This document shows, piece by piece, positions 33,238 through 37,359 of a stretch of DNA of 37,359 nt. Where the stretch lies: the NCBI GenBank assembly GCA_009602725.1, contig WELB01000015.1, forward strand, positions 1,082,822 to 1,120,180, in the 5' to 3' direction. The stretch's first letter is position 1, and every line of letters begins with the position of its first letter. The position numbers and the translations under genes were made by a program. The DNA is from Spirogloea muscicola (Eukaryota). The notes under the pieces are model-generated. The model made no database searches. It was given only the letters and a program-made list of their open reading frames with translations, and had not been told where the DNA came from.

Positions 33238-34882
33238 TCTCCTTTTGATAACCTTCATGAGACCCAAAACATCAGGGCTTCAATGTAGCTTATGGGAAGG
33301 TTGCTATTGGAGACTTCTTGGGAAATCCATTGCCGTATAGGTTTTGCCTTGCCTGATTGAGATTTAATTAGGACATGAAGTGATGGACCTCATGGTACGA
33401 TTGTCTTCTTAAGTTGATAAGTGTCACCTCTTTCTCTCTTTGCAAATGAAGCAGCTCAAGTCAACAGCCTGTGGTGGAGCCATACATCCCACTCACCATC
33501 ATCCCACAGGGTATGATGCCCGTCCTCACTGCGCAGATGGTCCTCAACGTGCCCAACATCCTCGCGAGGTAACCACTCGTCCAGGCCTCCTGCACTTGCC
33601 TTGCCACGAAACTCGGCAAGGGGCCATCTAAGAACATAGCAGCTCTTTCATAGCAGTCAAACCAGTATGCCCCGTGCTGACAGTCGTTTATGACTGGCCT
33701 GTGATGACAATGCCAGCCAATTTGACAGATGCCTCTCGACCTTTTATTCAAAAGTCTGTATTCAAAAGGATACCCCAGAAGCATTGGTATAGGCCAACAG
33801 GTTGGCACTGCTAGACTGCAGATGGTGGCGCTGATCTCCCTCCCATGCGGCTTGCGCAGCATCTTACGCACGCCATTCTGGGTCAGGCTGCAAGCGCTGC
33901 TCAGCCCTGCGGGAGCAGGCACCACCGTCATCGCACCACTTGCACACTACATTGTCCTCTTTGTGCTCATCGTGGTCTTCAACTGCTGGGACCCTGTGAG
34001 ATGCTTTATCTTTTCCAACGCTCAAAGTAAATGCCAAGTAGTCAAGGACCAGCCAGGATGTAGAGCCTGACTGCATTTGTAGCTTAATTGAAAGAGACGC
34101 TCTGTGGTTCTCATCCTTTGATAGTCTGTTTGATCACCTGCCGCAGTCTGATCCAGCCAAGGACTGGTCGGAGTGGCTCTCCAAGATTGGCGCACGCATC
34201 CCAGGTGTCAAACCTGGCCTCCGCACTGTCGAGCATCTCCGCTCGCTTCGCAGCTCGACCACTCTGTGCGGTAAGGCCTAGCTTAACCTAGCTTAACTCA
34301 ATTTTACTAAAGACGAGGAGCTCAATATGGAGTTGAATTTCATAACCTGCTCTTTATCCTGAAGGAATGCCAGCCGTCTAGAGATGGTGCATTGTTGTGG
34401 ACGCCACGAGGGACGATTCATGCAAGCTGCCCATACGACAAGGACTCTGTGCTGTGAAGGTGGTGTGCTCCTAGCACTGCTCACATGTGCGTCGGGCGCG
34501 GTAGACCAACGCGCCCGTGCCACCAACCCCGGTGGCAGCGGCTCCGTTGGCTTCACCTCCATGCTCATCATTGTGAGCGCCGCAACTTGCAGCATATATC
34601 AACATGCTGAGAAATGGCTCTCACAGCTTGTAAAAGCCCTTACCAGTATAATAATTTCCGTCGAGCCAGGAATGCCCAATCAAGCCTAGATTGATTGAAT
34701 TTAGGACCGCCTGTCCTATAAATTAATGAATGGCCTATAGATTGATAAGTCAGAAAATATGTAAATGCTGGTGCTCATGTGGTGTGCAGATGGGGAGTAT
34801 CATCTCGCTACGCCGCACGGTGCTGGCATATCAGCAGCTGCCGCGGCTGGAGAAGGTGCTCCGGCGGCAGGCTGCCGCCTAA
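29232..34882 (+). CDS. SCY2: Plastid inner-envelope preprotein translocase subunit SCY2 (SecY2); exons 29232-29761 (contains gap), 30677-30759, 30962-31041, 31522-31611, 31766-31857, 32188-32271, 32635-32776, 33455-33568, 33860-33995, 34147-34270, 34460-34572, 34790-34882
   Basis: Spliced peptides FRSELARRV...SRVGHHAPLPGF, LSLFELGIGPSIWASIVM, EDGFGEGTSILICV, RRVPLQYY, EPYIPLTIIPQGMMPVL, IGARIPGVKPG and SVGFTSMLIIMGSIISLRR match SecY, specifically plant SCY2. Introns are GT-AG with compatible phases. The Ala/Gly-rich N-terminus is transit-peptide-like. Confidence 0.9.
29857..30290 (+). repeat. Minisatellite of ~80-98-bp units (5 copies) in SCY2 intron 1
   Basis: CCCAGGAT..AGCA...GGGCTCAGGGCGT..GCC.TGAGTCAGGG.TTTAG units start at 29857, 29953, 30051, 30145 and 30224. 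Confidence 0.85.
33141..33234 (+). repeat. (CT)n microsatellite adjoining an assembly gap in a SCY2 intron
   Basis: Pure CT dinucleotide run. Confidence 0.95.
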
Positions 34883-35975
34883 TTGCGCCGCCGCTCGGCT
34901 GCTCCTGTACATTCTTTAGTCAGCTCCACTGTAGTCCACCAAAGCCATATGCTCGCATTAACAATCTCTGGCCCCTTCTGTCAGCGCACGGCAGTCTTGG
35001 TGCAGCCCTTCTGAATCTGCATATACGGTCCGACTGCTGCGGCGGTCTCACAGGAGCTCCAGACTCCTTCCACTTCCCAAAGCAGAATGCAAGTGCTGGA
35101 AAAGGCAAAGCAGCACCAGCGCCAAAAAATTCCTGGCGTAGTCTTGATCCGAATAGCCGTGGGAACCTGGCTAGGCAATGGTGGGGAAATGGTAAGTAAA
35201 TGGTAGGAGTGAGTCTCGGCTCGCACTGGCCCGGGGGATCAGAGCAGCCGAATGGCTCACATATTTCACAATGTTCTCCTGACCAAGCAATGAGGGTGTG
35301 GAGGACCGGGGCCGAGATAAGTCTTCTTGGCCCAGGCCTTTCACACTATCTATTGCCCCCGTCGCTATCACAACAGTCGCGCGTGCGTGAGTGCCACGCT
35401 CAGAGGGCGTGGGCATAGGCGTCAGGCTTAACCGCCGCTAGAAATCCCCACCCCGAGAAGCTTCCATCGCCTGGCGCGTAAGATCGGACCACACTCGGTA
35501 AGCCACAAAGATTGTGACCATCTGTGTTGTGGAGCTAATGACAAGCACTGTCTTGCATTGCTCAAACGTTGCTGCATGTAAGCAGCAGCTTTCCGCTTTC
35601 TTGCAAGAAGTGCATACTGCATATTGATTGGACCACTCTATCCGAAGTAGATAGGCTGAGCTCGGGCCCTCCTCCGATTCAAGTGTCTACTTATTGGTTT
35701 CGGACTGTAATACTATCTATTGGTTTCGGTTTGCTTCAGACTCAGAGATCATTCTCGGGACTTGCACTGAGTGCTTGATTATATATCTTGTTGCTTGCAC
35801 TTGATTACTGGGCTGAGAGAACTTCGTAGTCAGATACAACAGGATCATACAGGCTCAACATCTTTTGTTCTAAATTAGTTGCACAATGAATGCACAGTGA
35901 ATGCAGATTATCCAGTTGTCCTCTCTTTGCATGATAATTACTTGGGTAGCATGCATAACACTAGGCATCCAAGAG

Positions 35976-36673
35976 ATGGCATATGCCTCCAAAGCTTGAC
36001 CTATTAGACATAGATTGGATACTAAGGGGGAAGCGTAAGAGAGTGTTATCTCCTGGGTTGTAATCCATGCACATTTCTCTGTCCCTTGGGTGAAGTACTT
36101 TGTAGACATCACCCTGACCAGTTCTTGGGCCGGTGCTCCACTCGTCTCCCCGTAGTTGATAGATGCTGCTGAGGCCACCAGAGTAGGAAAAGTGACCCGC
36201 TTTGAACGTTGTCCCTTCTTGTCAAAGGCATGACGACGAATGTAAATTCCCGACCTGGATCTAAGGCCATACAGGCATTAGATTGGAGGCTCGATGTTGC
36301 GGACGTGCATTGACCACCAACATCCAACCCCCGAATCTTTTTGCCCACATGGCCTCGGATGCCCATGGAACATAGGTACAACCGTCCTCATGCCTTCAAC
36401 AAGGAGGGACAAAGCGAGTACCGCTGGTACCGGGTAGCGGGTACTGCGGTCGCTTTTCCTACTCTGGTAGCCTTAGAAGCATCAAACAACTTCCGGGAGA
36501 CAAACAGAGTACCGGCCCAAGGAACGATCCAGGTGACGTCTACCGAATTGTCTGAAGAGCTTAAACCAGGGAGAGCAATGCATGGGTTACAATCCAGGAG
36601 ACATCACTCTCCTCTACTTTTCTCTCAGGACCAATACATGTCTAATAGGTCAAGCTTTCAATGCAAACGCCAT
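35976..36673 (+). ncRNA. Candidate long hairpin RNA / MIRNA-like precursor (~700-nt imperfect inverted repeat)
   Basis: Collinear pairing blocks, including a perfect 21-bp duplex between 35991-36011 and 36638-36658 and a near-perfect duplex between 36172-36197 and 36448-36473. The terminal loop lies near 36301-36317. The inverted repeat is certain; RNA function and strand are inferred. Confidence 0.55.
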
Positions 36674-37182
36674 ACATGTGAGGGTTGATGGGTGGCTGCT
36701 TGCCACAGTCAGAGAACTCGTATTGGCCGCTACCAGCTGCGGCAGCTCTTACAGTCGGCTGGGGACACGCCTGCCATGGCTAGTGTCCCTTGATCCGCTG
36801 CTGGCATCCAGGAGAAGAACGCCAAGTGGCTCCCCACCAGGGCCCGCAGTCCGCCTGCAGCGGCCTAGGACCGTCCCTGCACCATCGCCGGCCAGGGCTT
36901 TGTGGGCTGTCAGGGGTTTGGGTTTCATGCTCGAGAGCTCGGGCCTGGCGTCGCCGACCAGGGCTCTGGTTGTCAGGGTTTCGGGTTTATGCTCAAGAGC
37001 CTGGGGCCTGGCTCCTGAACAGGAGGGGAATCTCAGCCTTATATTCTACCCTAACCCTGACCTAAACCTCCTAGACCCTGACCCCTATTCCTAACCTAAA
37101 CCCCTTAGACCCTGAACCCCTAGACCCCCTAGATCCAAAACCCTGAACCCTGACCTGAAACCCACAAACGCAGCCGCAGCGG

Positions 37183-37224
<42 letters not shown>

Positions 37225-37236
37225 GCGGCGGCCTCG

Positions 37237-37359
<123 letters not shown>

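Overview
Eukaryotic, intron-containing genomic DNA from a green-lineage organism. A plastid SCY2/SecY2 gene and a plant-type CBL exon point to Viridiplantae; a streptophyte alga is my inference. Host genes: a 5-exon RluA-family pseudouridine synthase (2781-5197, -), a tentative multi-exon coiled-coil gene (about 25.3-27.5 kb, +) and a SCY2 gene with at least 12 exons (29232-34882, +). Bases 1-1.6 kb and 5.3-24.5 kb are a dense nest of restriction-like-endonuclease (RLE, CRE-like) non-LTR retrotransposons. The nest holds one apparently intact copy (about 15.0-19.2 kb) and about 20 5'-truncated 3' ends from several subfamilies, most of which share a C-terminal 'LL[ST]R[GAT]Y*' and/or a double-hairpin 3' UTR. 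Inside it is a palindrome of about 4.8 kb (26-nt spacer) made of two decayed copies of an aspartic protease + C5 cytosine methyltransferase retroelement module. Other notable items: repeated insertion or breakage exactly 6 nt past the UTR hairpin, an orphan CBL exon, a twice-seen structured ~110-140-nt element, and a ~700-nt imperfect MIRNA/hpRNA-like hairpin at 35976-36673. There are four N gaps. All calls were made by eye with no database searches.
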